A stretch of DNA of 63,357 nucleotides from a virus (taxonomy: Duplodnaviria > Caudoviricetes): positions 1-63,357 of the IMG/VR virus record IMGVR_UViG_3300011116_000174; one strand, 5' to 3'. The first letter of the stretch is position 1, and each line of letters opens with the position of its first letter. Of the stretch, positions 37,540-47,766 are shown in pieces. The notes under the pieces were generated by a model that made no database searches, was not told the origin of the DNA, and worked only from the letters and a program-made list of their open reading frames with translations. The position numbers and the translations under genes were made by a program.

Positions 37540-38970
37540 ATGAGCATACTTGGCGCACTCAAACAAATGAAGCAACAAACAGGCTCGCTAGATGAGCTTG
37601 CTGGTCTGCCACAAGCTATGATTATGCAGATGGCGCGCAACGGGCAGATACCCAAAGAGCAGGTATTGCCAATACTTAACCGTAAAGCAGAACTAGCTAA
37701 TGCTTCAGCCAAGACTCAAGCAACACGACAAGCGGGCGGTCAACCTACCGTTCTTGAGCAAATACTTGCTGCACCACAACAGCAACCACAAGAAATGGCA
37801 GACGCCGGTGTTGCACAGTTACCGATTCGTGAAGATATGTATAACGAGCAGCGTATGGCTGGTGGTGGTATTGTTGCTTTCCAAAATAACGAAGATCAGC
37901 CTGTAGATGAGAATATGCCAACTACAGATGAGACCAACCCATACTTGCGTCGTAGCCAAGGTGTGTACGAAGCAGGTCGTCAGTTGTTTAACCCAAGAAA
38001 CTACAACCCGTTTGCCAAGGCAAGCGATCTATATCAAGCTTATCAGCAAAATATTGGGCAGCCTTTTGCTGGTGCCGTTAATCGGTTTATCAATGAAACC
38101 CCTGAGCAACAAGCAGATCGTTTTCGCCGCGCCTCACAAACCCGGGAAAATATTGGTAAGCGTGTAGCTGGTGTTCCTACTACTTCTGAAGAAGTACGTC
38201 GTTTAGCCCCCGCAGAAAAAATTATTGGTAGCGAGCAAAAACTATTTGAGGATGAAGCTGCGGCTAAAGCTGCAAAACCAAAAAACGCCCCAACAGTAGA
38301 TGCTGCGGGCAACATTGTTCCAAACGTTAACGCTTCTAAAACTAAACAAGCAGCTGCAGCTGCCGCAAACGCCGTTGGAGACGCTACTGGCGCCCCTAAA
38401 CCAAGCATATATGAAGAGATGCTTTTAAAACAAGGTGAAGACGCCGCTAAAGCACGACAGGAAGCCAAATACATGCGGCTGCTCGAAGCGGGACTTGGCA
38501 TCATGGGCGGTACATCCCCATATGCCTTTACTAATATTGGTCAGGGCGCTATTGGTGCCGCTAAAGGCTACGCTGAAGATATCAAAGGATTCCGTACAGA
38601 AGAACGCGAACGCGCTAAGACTCTTGGTGCTTTAAGCATGGAGAAAGAAAAGATTGCTGCAGATCGCGAAAGAACAGCTATGCTTGAGCGTCGATATAAG
38701 GAAATGGCTGACGTAGACCGCCAAAAGATTGGGGTTATGTCTGCGCAAAATAGAGACGAAAAAACAGCGCGTTTAGTGGGTCAAGCATTTAATACCCTTA
38801 TGAGCGAGTACAAAACTAGACTTGATCGCGGAGAAGTTACTCCGTCCGATTTATACTTACAAGCACAACAAATGGTAAGTTCAAGTTTAGGTACAAACGT
38901 AGGGGGCGCAGCGGCGGCTCCGGCTAATCCAACCTTTTCTTGGTCTTCGTTAAACACAAAGGCTAAGTAA
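37540..38970 (+). CDS. Putative internal/ejection protein
   Basis: MAGGGIVAF; helical, low complexity. Confidence 0.7.
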   Translation: MSILGALKQMKQQTGSLDELAGLPQAMIMQMARNGQIPKEQVLPILNRKAELANASAKTQATRQAGGQPTVLEQILAAPQQQPQEMADAGVAQLPIREDMYNEQRMAGGGIVAFQNNEDQPVDENMPTTDETNPYLRRSQGVYEAGRQLFNPRNYNPFAKASDLYQAYQQNIGQPFAGAVNRFINETPEQQADRFRRASQTRENIGKRVAGVPTTSEEVRRLAPAEKIIGSEQKLFEDEAAAKAAKPKNAPTVDAAGNIVPNVNASKTKQAAAAAANAVGDATGAPKPSIYEEMLLKQGEDAAKARQEAKYMRLLEAGLGIMGGTSPYAFTNIGQGAIGAAKGYAEDIKGFRTEERERAKTLGALSMEKEKIAADRERTAMLERRYKEMADVDRQKIGVMSAQNRDEKTARLVGQAFNTLMSEYKTRLDRGEVTPSDLYLQAQQMVSSSLGTNVGGAAAAPANPTFSWSSLNTKAK

Positions 38971-41900
38971 TGCCATACAACGTTAGGCTTCCTGACGGAA
39001 GAATTGTTTCGGACATCCCCGACGATGTATCGAAAGAAGATGCTAGAAAGAAAATTCTAGAGTCTTTTCCTGACCTTGCCGCAAAACAAAAACGCGGTTG
39101 GGGCGAAGCTCTAACTGACGTTGGTGCTAGTCTTGCAACGGGTGTAGGACAATTAGCTCAGCTGCCCGGACAGGTCGCCGAACTTACCGGTATCTCCAAA
39201 CCAGAAGAACGAGACACAGGCCTACAAGGTTTGGGTAGAAGATTAGAAGCTTTTGGAGAAGAAGTTAAATCTCCAATACTAAAAGGCAAAGAAACTATGC
39301 GTGCGCAAAAAATTGCGCAAGCCGAGGGGTTTATTCCTGAGTTTACAACTGCCATTAAAGAAACAGTACGCGATCCCGCGTTGCTTACGTCGTTTTTCAC
39401 CGAACAACTACCTAATTTAGTTGGTTCATTTGGTGGTGGTATGTTAGCTCGCGGCGCTACTAAAGCGCTGATGTCTGACACTATTAAGACATCTCTAGGT
39501 AAAGCCGGTGCAGAAAAAGTTTTAGGTAAAGCTGGGGTATCAGGTGCCGTTGGTACCGGTGCAGTTATGCAGGGTGCTGATATTGGCGCGGATACTTACG
39601 AAACTATTTATACCCAATTACGCGAGCAAGGCGTTCCTGATGACGAAGCTAACGGTATTGCACTATCTAAAGCACGGGTAGCAGCTATTGAGGCTGCCGG
39701 ACTATCTATTGGTACTGCGTTTTTACCCGGCGGCACTACTATTGAACGCGCATTGGCTGGTAAAGGTTTGCCTCGTGCCGGTGGGTTTACCCGCGGTCTT
39801 GTAGGCGAAGCCGCTTCCGAGGCTATTGAAGAAGGCGGTGGTGCATTTGCTAAACAAGTTGGTGTACAAGAAGTATTTCCCGAGACTGACTTACTAAAAG
39901 GTGTTGGTGCTGCAGCAGGTTTCGGTGCATTAGGCGGTGCGTTATTTGGTGGCCCCGCTGGTGCATTTAACGCTCGTGCAGTAAAAGAAGCACAAGTTAC
40001 GGCAGCAGAAACTAATCAACCACAGCAGGTAGTTTTGCAGTTGCCATACGACGAGAGGGTATCTGCTCCGACGACATTTGGTACCGTGCCGATGATTGTC
40101 TATCCCGACGGTACTACGGCTTTTCAAAGCGAAGCTGGTCCAATACCTACGTCTGAATTAAGTGAAGAAGAATTTACTAAAAAGTTTGCTCCACAAACAG
40201 TACCAAATGTAATAGGGCAAAAAGATTTGGATGCTATGGGGCTAGACAAAGCCAAGGGTGTAGCATTTAATAAACTTAAAAAAGCTATTTTAGATAAAGA
40301 CATAAGCGACCCGGCACAGGCACAGGAAGTAAAAGAAGCAATTGAGGCTTATGGGCAACGTAAAACAGTTAGCAATAAGGTTACTCCTAAGCTTGAGGCT
40401 TTCTTATCGCGTCCTGAGTTTCAAGAACCTGCTAAAGTAGAAGAAACAATTGAACCAATTGTAGAGCCCAAAAAGCGGGCTAAAAAAGTTAAAGAAGCTA
40501 TTCCCGCGGAAGAACAAGCCGCATTACAAGCCGAGCTAGAAGCAGAGCTTGCCCAACCGGAGACGACAGATGTTAGACGGCCTACTGAAGTTATCGCCCG
40601 AACAGATGAGTCGGGCATTCCAGTGCTTAGCGAGCGAGGAGAACCCGCCGCCGGAGTTACAGAAACTGAACGACGAGGAATGGTTACTCCTGAGCGTCCT
40701 ATTGGACGGGCTATTACAGGAGAGGGACCAGTCGAGCGTACATTAGAAACGCCCGCTGTAGAACTAAACCCACGCCAAGAAAAAGAATTTCAACAAGCAG
40801 CGGCTAAATACATTCAACAAACTAAGTCTCCTGAGCAGGCTTTAGAGTATTTGGCTGGAGATTTATACGCGAGAGAAAACCTAACACAGGCTAATCGCTT
40901 CAAACGTGGTCTATCTCCCGAACAAATGGAGATTGTTAACCGCAAGATAGCGGAACTTAAACAATACGAAGCTCGGGGTAATGTATCTTTGTCTCGTCGT
41001 AATGCTGAACAAAAGCTACGCCGGGCTGAGTTGGCTCAAAACGAAGAAGCTATTGCCGCTGCTCAAGAAGAACTTAAGAAGATCAAAGCTAAGATGCCCA
41101 AGGTAGAGCGGGACGACGTCTATGGCGGAGTAACCCCACGACTTGTTATGGCAGTAGAGCGCGGCAATACTCGTGCTGCACTGCAAGAAATTATTGATAA
41201 TGACTCAGGCGCTTATAACATCTTAGAAAAGCTAGTGGCAAAACGCCTACTGGCTGTTCGCGCTACGCTACCTAATATTGAAGTAGCGACCAAAGAACAA
41301 ATCGGTGCAGATGGTGAGTACAACCCATTTACTGATACCGTACGAATTGCCCAAGGAGAGATTGACTCGCATACTGTATTGCATGAGCTAACACATGGCT
41401 ACTTGCACTCAATTATTCAAAAATATGAGGCGGGTGCATTTAACAAAGGTGTTGCAGACTTAGATCGTATCTATAAGTATGTGTTGCAAGAGCGACCAGA
41501 CTTGGCAAATATGTATGGCATGACCAACCTCTCTGAGTTTGCGTCAGAAGCTATGTCTAACCGTGAGTTCCAACGTGAACTAGCACAGATACCTACACAG
41601 CGGGGTAACATATTTACTGAGTTTGCTCGTGCTGTATTACGTGCCTTAGGTCTTAGCCCAACTGAAAAACTCAGCGCATTAGCAGATACCTTAATAGCCG
41701 CAGATCGTAGTTTGGCGTTTGGTCGCAAAATTCAAGAAGACGTAGTGACCGGTAAAGAAACCATACCTACGGCACAAGTATCCCGTTATGACTCAATAGA
41801 AGCCGCTGCTGGTTATACCGGCAAACGTCCTGAGAAGACCCAACCATTCCAAATTCGTAAGATAACGCCTGTTGAAGCTAAGCAAGGACTCAACAAGTTC

Positions 41901-44357
41901 TTAAATAAAACTGAGACCATGTGGTTCTCGTCAGATGCGGCTTTGTCTAACAGAATTAGACAAGAATTAGAAGCAGCCGGAACTAACTGGGAAACTATTA
42001 AAGAGCAGATGTTTAAGATTAGTACCTCCCAAGCTACGCATGCTGAGGCGGTGGCTATGAAGTTCTTAGAGCAAGGTAACGTTGAGTACGACACCGAAGC
42101 CTTTAAATGGGCGGCTAAAGACGACAAGAATAACTGGAAGAGCCTGATCCAAGATATTTCTGCTTTGGCTGGGAAGTATGGGGTATCAACAGAAAAGATG
42201 AGTGATTATGCGCATCAGGCGTTTGTTGCCGAGCGTTTGCAGGGATTAAGCAAAAATAAGAAACAGTTTTACAGTCACAAGAGCGCCGAGCAAATTAAAG
42301 CTGGCTTAGAGTGGTTTAACGAGTTCCCCGAACTAAAAGAGCTTCGTAACAAGTGGAACGCTATCCGTAAGAACGCTATGGATGTAGCCGTGCAGTCTGG
42401 TCTGTATAACAAAGCACAAGCAGAAGAACTGCTTGATGCTATGGACTACGTCCCGTTTTACCGTGTTGAGCAACTCGAAGCTAAAGCCGGTCCCAAGGAG
42501 TTTGGTCGCGGCTTACTAGACTTTGCTAAGAATTACAAAATCCGTGGTAGCGAAGATGAAGTATCTAACGTGTTTGATAACATGGAGCGTTGGATTAGTT
42601 ATACCGTTTCTCGGTCGGTCAAGAATAAGACCGCCCTCAATATGTATGACATCGCCAAGCAACTGATGCCCGACGAAGTCAAAGACTTACGCCAAGACGA
42701 GCGTGTACGTCGTGACCAAAACGTAGTGGACTTATGGGTTGATGGTAATCGCCGTAAGGTAGAGTTTAAAGACCCAATGTTTATCTATGCCTTCCAAGGC
42801 ATGGAGCCTGTCGTATTGCCATCATTAAAAATTTGGGCACAAGCGGCAAATATGTTACGTAAGAATATCGTGCTTATTCCGTTCTTCTCAGTCAGTCAGC
42901 TATCGCAGGACTCCTTTGCGGCTATGTTGTCGTCAGGCTTGAAGCGTCCGTTTAAGTTACCACTAGAAGTAGCTAAAGAGTTTACAAAGACGTTGATGGG
43001 TACAAGTCAGGCTGCCGCCGCTTTGAACAAGTATGGTGCAGTGGGTATTAAAGACTACTCCGCAGTTATCGCCCGTAACGAGGCAGAGATTGCTGCAGGA
43101 CTTAAAAAGCCAAGTAATTGGCAGAAGGTATTGTCGCCACTTGAGCGTATCGCTATGGCATCAGATAACGCTGTGCGTCAGGCTGTATACAATTTAACAC
43201 TCGAAGAGGGTGGGGATAAGGCTACGGCTGTGGAGCGTGCCTTTGAGATTATTAACTTTAAGCGTAGCGGCGCTAGTGGCTACGTGCAGATTTTGCGTCA
43301 GGTTATTCCGTTCTTTGGTGCGTATCTCCAAGCACAGAACGTAGTCTATAAAACCCTGACTGGCAGGAGCATTTCCCCATCGCAGAAGAAAGAAGCTCAG
43401 CGTATTTTGCTTAGCAACGCGGCAAAAATTGCTGCTCTGGCATTTGTATATACCGCCCTTGTTAGCGATGACGAAGATTATCAAAACATGGACCCAACCA
43501 TCCGTGATAGACACTTAATCATCCCAGGAACTGGCTTCATGTTACCGCTTCGTACCGATATATTCCTCTTCCCCAAACTTACGGCTGAGTATGCGTATCA
43601 GTACCTAACTGATGCAGGTTACACCGACGGTAAGAAGATGCGTAGAGGTATGGCTGATGCAGTGGCTAACGCTATCCTTAGCCCAACCGTAGCACCGCAG
43701 GTAGCTAAGCCGGCCCTTGAAGTATTTGCAAACTACAACACGTTTACAGGTAGGCCGATCATTGGGCAAGGCTTGGAGAACTTACCGACCGCGCAACAAT
43801 ATTCTAACTACACATCTGAGTTAGCCAAGATATTAGGTAAAGCGGGAATTATAGCGCCGGTCAATATTGACCATTTAATCAGAGGTTATTTTGGTACTAC
43901 TGGTGGGTTGTTCCTATCGGGTACAAACTGGATGATTAACGCCGGTCAAGACATACCCGCACCTGAAAAGACCATGCAAGATGCCTTGGCTACGTTCCCC
44001 GGACTTAGTGCGTTCTTCTATCGTGAGTACGGTAGTGCCGCTAAGAACGACTTCTATGAACTACGCACCGAAGTAGATAAGGCAGTTAACGGCTTTAACC
44101 GCATGAAGAAACGCGGGCAGATTGAAGAAGCCAAAGAGTTTATGGAAGAGAAGAAAGATTTATTGGGTCTTCGTAGCCAAGTTAATGCAATTAACAATCA
44201 GCTGGCGAAGATTCGTGCTCGTGAAAACGAGATATATGAAGCCCCTGAGTCGCAGATGTCTGCCGAGCGTAAGGGCGAGGAACTTAGAAAACTTCGTGAA
44301 CTAGAAAAGAAAGCCCTCGAGCAAGTTTACGACCTACGCCAAAGGGCTGGGTTTTAA
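38970..44357 (+). CDS. Large polyvalent (ejected) protein with zincin metallopeptidase motif and LPD38-like C-terminus
   Basis: 1795 aa; GEYNP...VLHELTH...EFASEA; YVPFYR; IPFFGAYLQ; NYNTFTGRPI. Confidence 0.75.
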   Translation: MPYNVRLPDGRIVSDIPDDVSKEDARKKILESFPDLAAKQKRGWGEALTDVGASLATGVGQLAQLPGQVAELTGISKPEERDTGLQGLGRRLEAFGEEVKSPILKGKETMRAQKIAQAEGFIPEFTTAIKETVRDPALLTSFFTEQLPNLVGSFGGGMLARGATKALMSDTIKTSLGKAGAEKVLGKAGVSGAVGTGAVMQGADIGADTYETIYTQLREQGVPDDEANGIALSKARVAAIEAAGLSIGTAFLPGGTTIERALAGKGLPRAGGFTRGLVGEAASEAIEEGGGAFAKQVGVQEVFPETDLLKGVGAAAGFGALGGALFGGPAGAFNARAVKEAQVTAAETNQPQQVVLQLPYDERVSAPTTFGTVPMIVYPDGTTAFQSEAGPIPTSELSEEEFTKKFAPQTVPNVIGQKDLDAMGLDKAKGVAFNKLKKAILDKDISDPAQAQEVKEAIEAYGQRKTVSNKVTPKLEAFLSRPEFQEPAKVEETIEPIVEPKKRAKKVKEAIPAEEQAALQAELEAELAQPETTDVRRPTEVIARTDESGIPVLSERGEPAAGVTETERRGMVTPERPIGRAITGEGPVERTLETPAVELNPRQEKEFQQAAAKYIQQTKSPEQALEYLAGDLYARENLTQANRFKRGLSPEQMEIVNRKIAELKQYEARGNVSLSRRNAEQKLRRAELAQNEEAIAAAQEELKKIKAKMPKVERDDVYGGVTPRLVMAVERGNTRAALQEIIDNDSGAYNILEKLVAKRLLAVRATLPNIEVATKEQIGADGEYNPFTDTVRIAQGEIDSHTVLHELTHGYLHSIIQKYEAGAFNKGVADLDRIYKYVLQERPDLANMYGMTNLSEFASEAMSNREFQRELAQIPTQRGNIFTEFARAVLRALGLSPTEKLSALADTLIAADRSLAFGRKIQEDVVTGKETIPTAQVSRYDSIEAAAGYTGKRPEKTQPFQIRKITPVEAKQGLNKFLNKTETMWFSSDAALSNRIRQELEAAGTNWETIKEQMFKISTSQATHAEAVAMKFLEQGNVEYDTEAFKWAAKDDKNNWKSLIQDISALAGKYGVSTEKMSDYAHQAFVAERLQGLSKNKKQFYSHKSAEQIKAGLEWFNEFPELKELRNKWNAIRKNAMDVAVQSGLYNKAQAEELLDAMDYVPFYRVEQLEAKAGPKEFGRGLLDFAKNYKIRGSEDEVSNVFDNMERWISYTVSRSVKNKTALNMYDIAKQLMPDEVKDLRQDERVRRDQNVVDLWVDGNRRKVEFKDPMFIYAFQGMEPVVLPSLKIWAQAANMLRKNIVLIPFFSVSQLSQDSFAAMLSSGLKRPFKLPLEVAKEFTKTLMGTSQAAAALNKYGAVGIKDYSAVIARNEAEIAAGLKKPSNWQKVLSPLERIAMASDNAVRQAVYNLTLEEGGDKATAVERAFEIINFKRSGASGYVQILRQVIPFFGAYLQAQNVVYKTLTGRSISPSQKKEAQRILLSNAAKIAALAFVYTALVSDDEDYQNMDPTIRDRHLIIPGTGFMLPLRTDIFLFPKLTAEYAYQYLTDAGYTDGKKMRRGMADAVANAILSPTVAPQVAKPALEVFANYNTFTGRPIIGQGLENLPTAQQYSNYTSELAKILGKAGIIAPVNIDHLIRGYFGTTGGLFLSGTNWMINAGQDIPAPEKTMQDALATFPGLSAFFYREYGSAAKNDFYELRTEVDKAVNGFNRMKKRGQIEEAKEFMEEKKDLLGLRSQVNAINNQLAKIRARENEIYEAPESQMSAERKGEELRKLRELEKKALEQVYDLRQRAGF
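40570..40746 (+). CDS. Candidate overprinted gene inside the polyvalent protein gene
   Basis: GGAG-spaced ATG; 58 aa helical protein in a different frame. Confidence 0.45.
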   Translation: MLDGLLKLSPEQMSRAFQCLASEENPPPELQKLNDEEWLLLSVLLDGLLQERDQSSVH

Positions 44358-44384
44358 AAAAGAACCCCGCAGGAAGTGGCGGGG
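44357..44384 (-). terminator. Terminator between convergent operons
   Basis: CCCCGC-loop-GCGGGG-TTCTTTTT on the minus strand. Confidence 0.7.
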
Positions 44385-44425
44385 CTAAGTCCTCGTGCTT
44401 TTTGAGGAGAAGAGTGACTTAATTA

Positions 44426-44626
44426 TCACTCAACCCTCCATATTCGCAAGCCATATAGACCCTTTTCTATAACTTCTTTACAGATAATCTTATAGCCCCA
44501 CCGCTCTGCTTCAGCTTTTAAAGTTTTGCAGTGGGTTTTCCGGTCTAAACAAGGGACAAATAAAGACTGCCCCGGCTCAAACTTCTTCCACGGAATCAGC
44601 ACTATCAGATTCAGGATCTTCAGCAT
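44426..44626 (-). CDS. Small hypothetical protein
   Basis: W..F.PG.S.FVPC...G.YGLRIWRV; overlaps the primase 3' end. Confidence 0.7.
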   Translation of the reverse strand: MLKILNLIVLIPWKKFEPGQSLFVPCLDRKTHCKTLKAEAERWGYKIICKEVIEKGLYGLRIWRVE

Positions 44627-47444
44627 TTAAGAACTTGTCTTCACGGAAAAAGTCTAGCTTGGTAGCATCAAACATAAAGGCCGGTACGTTTACTTCCGCA
44701 CCCATAATAGTGCCGGCAGTCATACGCTTGCGCTTAGTGCCAAGGAACGCCTTGTTCTTCCTGTGCATTGACAACGACTCGTCAACGTTGAGTTGCATCT
44801 TGGCACATTCGGCTCGGTATTCCTTAGCCACTACAAACAATAGCTTTGTGTCGGGCTCGTAGCGGATAGTAAGTGCGCCTTTGGGTTCTCGGATAGGTCC
44901 GGTTTCCAGTCCGGTTTTTCCGTCTTTCTTACCGTTAATCGTAAGAGTCTCATGGAACTTGCGATTAATGAACCCACCCAAGAAGTCGCTACTTTCAAGC
45001 ATCAGCATCTTGTTCTGATGCCTAGAATCTTTAATGTGCTGAATAATATACTTCAGAACCGGCTTGTGGTCAATATCGTGTAGTCCAAGGTTCTTGGAAA
45101 TAATCCCGCCTACGATAGCAATCGTAGACATAGCCGACCAGTAGCGCTCATGCGATTTAATCTCCGCGGCTTGCTCTATCTTGGACTGCATCGTGCCAAT
45201 AAACGTGATTACTTCGGGCAAGTGGCTAACAATGTATTGGATGTATGGGAATACAGCGTGCCCATAATTGTCATACAGCCGGTTAAAGTGTTTGCGAGAC
45301 CATTCAGGATCATCATTAGGATCGTTGAAGATATGCAACTCCATAATACGCATCAGTTCGCCTTCGGGAAATGCCTTGATAGATAGCAAGTCATCCCGCA
45401 ACGACCGGTTGGACGTTGTAATTAATCCTGTTGCCCACTTCGTATGATTGACGCGCTCTGCGTTTTCTTGTGAACGCATACGGTTCTTGGCGCGACCTTC
45501 GGTAATGTCATACGTTAGGTTTGACTTTTGGTCTGCGGGCATATTGGTCATCTCGTCAAACAAAATTGGTATGTTTTGGAACGTGCCAATACGCTGAAGC
45601 TTTTGGTTGTAGGTATCTTTGACCCGCATCAATGAGTCTTTGGGGTGTCCGTAGATACTACCAATAGCGTGCAGGATAGTCGTCTTACCTGATCCTGAAC
45701 CTTGCGACTTAAGACTTAATAGATAGCCCTCTAAGTTAGTAAATTTAAGCAGGACGTTGCCAAACCCCATGAACAAAGCAAATGCTTTGGCTTCCATGTG
45801 ATCTCGAGAATAGGCATTAATAACATCTTTCCATATGTGGAAGTCGCCCTTTTGCCTAAACATTGGCACAAGTTCTAATGTAGTTGCCGTGGGTGGGCTA
45901 TATTTAATTTCCGTAGCCGTGATCTCTTTGTCGCCAAGAATAAAGGCGCTATCGTCAGACAACCACCCAAATTGCTTGCGTGCTAATTCTGCTTCTGAAC
46001 TAGCTTGCAGTTCTTCTACCCATCTAGTTATGTAAGCCATCAGTGTTTCCTGTTTCTTTCCTAAAACCGCTACGCCCTTTTCAGCAATAGCATCCCTAAA
46101 TCTATCTTTGGATAGCACCGCAGTCAAAGGCATGATGAACTCACGAACACCGTCCTTTGGTAAGTGCAGTCTTAATAAAATACATTCACCCTTATCGGGA
46201 TCGTGCATACGCTTGACTACATAAAAGTCGTATGCGTAGACAAGCGCATCTTCGTCTTCATCCGTATCGGGGTTTTTACTGCGTACGTACACCCCTCCAA
46301 CCTTGCCTCGGAAGAAAGGGTATGGGTACTTTGGGATTGTGTATTCCTTGAGTTCGTTTGTTGCCTTTTCTTTCTCGACAACCACGCTTTCTTCTTCGGC
46401 TTCCGCAATCTCCTTACCAAGTTGGATTGGCGAGGTAATTTTGTGCGGGCATCCTTGGCACAATTTAGGATTGATCTTCTTAAATGTAGCGCAGGTATAC
46501 GGTCCTTTAGTATCGTTTGCTTTCTTCTCTGTTGTGTATTTGGAATAGTCGGGGTGATTCTTAGAGATTATGTGTATTGCCTTTTCCCCATCTACACAAG
46601 CATGGGCAATACTAAGTCCCGCTCTCCATAAGGGTTCTTCTATCGAATCTTGGTTTTCATAGATATTAACTATCTGTGGGCATCCTTCACCTTCCAAGCT
46701 TTTAATTAGTATCGTCTTAAACCTAGACTGGCTATTACCCATCAGTGCCATGGTCAGCGCATCCATCTCCCTAGGGATAAATGGCTTGCCTTTCATTCCA
46801 GCAAAGATATCTTGCTCTTGTGTTGTTTCTGTGTCAGATACTTTTAAAAGATCTTTGAAAACAGAGTTAGCTACCAGGGAACCTGAAATCAGCACCTCAA
46901 CAGGTATGGGCGTCTCGTCCTTAAAGTTGAACGTATTGGGAATACGCAGGATGCGGGCTACGTCAGCCGTAACTACTGGGTCAGCCTTCAAGTCATAGAC
47001 GTCGCAGAGAAGCTTAAATGCCTCGGCATGGGGCTTCCATTGTTCCTTTGGCATAGGCTCTTCTAAAGCCCAGTAAACGTGCAATCCACGCCCTGAATTC
47101 ACTACCGTAGGCTTAGGCAACCCAAGCTTCTTAACAAACGCTTTGAGCGCTTTCATGCCCTCTTCTTGGGTTTCGTAAGGCTTGCCCTGCCCACAATCCA
47201 AATCTATAAAGAAGGACTTCAACGCTACGGCATTAGCGTTTACCCTACCCCCCTTGGGGTCTGCAAATGATGCTAATGCAAAGTATGTTTCATATCCGTC
47301 GTTTGCTAATGCGTTACCTAATCTTTCTAACTCTTCTATTGACGCGACCAATTTTTGTCTTGGTGCGCCGTCTTTCTTCAATCCAACCACGCAGTATTGT
47401 CCTGTTGGTGGGAGGATTTGTTGCAAAAATATATTCGTTAACAT
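44577..47444 (-). CDS. Primase-helicase (AEP primase + DUF927-like P-loop NTPase)
   Basis: FFIDLD, VNSGRGLHVYW, RILRIP; GSGSGKTT; ILFDE. Confidence 0.85.
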   Translation of the reverse strand: MLTNIFLQQILPPTGQYCVVGLKKDGAPRQKLVASIEELERLGNALANDGYETYFALASFADPKGGRVNANAVALKSFFIDLDCGQGKPYETQEEGMKALKAFVKKLGLPKPTVVNSGRGLHVYWALEEPMPKEQWKPHAEAFKLLCDVYDLKADPVVTADVARILRIPNTFNFKDETPIPVEVLISGSLVANSVFKDLLKVSDTETTQEQDIFAGMKGKPFIPREMDALTMALMGNSQSRFKTILIKSLEGEGCPQIVNIYENQDSIEEPLWRAGLSIAHACVDGEKAIHIISKNHPDYSKYTTEKKANDTKGPYTCATFKKINPKLCQGCPHKITSPIQLGKEIAEAEEESVVVEKEKATNELKEYTIPKYPYPFFRGKVGGVYVRSKNPDTDEDEDALVYAYDFYVVKRMHDPDKGECILLRLHLPKDGVREFIMPLTAVLSKDRFRDAIAEKGVAVLGKKQETLMAYITRWVEELQASSEAELARKQFGWLSDDSAFILGDKEITATEIKYSPPTATTLELVPMFRQKGDFHIWKDVINAYSRDHMEAKAFALFMGFGNVLLKFTNLEGYLLSLKSQGSGSGKTTILHAIGSIYGHPKDSLMRVKDTYNQKLQRIGTFQNIPILFDEMTNMPADQKSNLTYDITEGRAKNRMRSQENAERVNHTKWATGLITTSNRSLRDDLLSIKAFPEGELMRIMELHIFNDPNDDPEWSRKHFNRLYDNYGHAVFPYIQYIVSHLPEVITFIGTMQSKIEQAAEIKSHERYWSAMSTIAIVGGIISKNLGLHDIDHKPVLKYIIQHIKDSRHQNKMLMLESSDFLGGFINRKFHETLTINGKKDGKTGLETGPIREPKGALTIRYEPDTKLLFVVAKEYRAECAKMQLNVDESLSMHRKNKAFLGTKRKRMTAGTIMGAEVNVPAFMFDATKLDFFREDKFLNAEDPESDSADSVEEV

Positions 47445-47526
47445 AATCGCCTTTAACCGTCAAAAATGGATGGGCAGGAGTGGACGGCGATACACTCTCT
47501 TCGGGTGCTACCCTAGCCCCCCAGTA

Positions 47527-47763
47527 CTACTTAATCATCAATTTATCAACAAGCTTTTGCATCTTTTCTTGGTGCTTCTGTGGGACATTAGTTTTACCAC
47601 GAAACCAAGAATAGACTGTCATGCGTGAAACATCAAAGAAGGTGGCTACGTCGGATACAGGAATATCCTTTTTAATACAAGCACTTCCGAATAACACACC
47701 AATCTTTGATTTGTCGGCACTATTCACTTCGTTAATAAACGTAACCGAATAGCCTTTGGACAT
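47527..47763 (-). CDS. HTH DNA-binding protein
   Basis: VSDVATFFDVSRMTVYSWFRG. Confidence 0.75.
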   Translation of the reverse strand: MSKGYSVTFINEVNSADKSKIGVLFGSACIKKDIPVSDVATFFDVSRMTVYSWFRGKTNVPQKHQEKMQKLVDKLMIK

Positions 47764-47766
47764 GGT

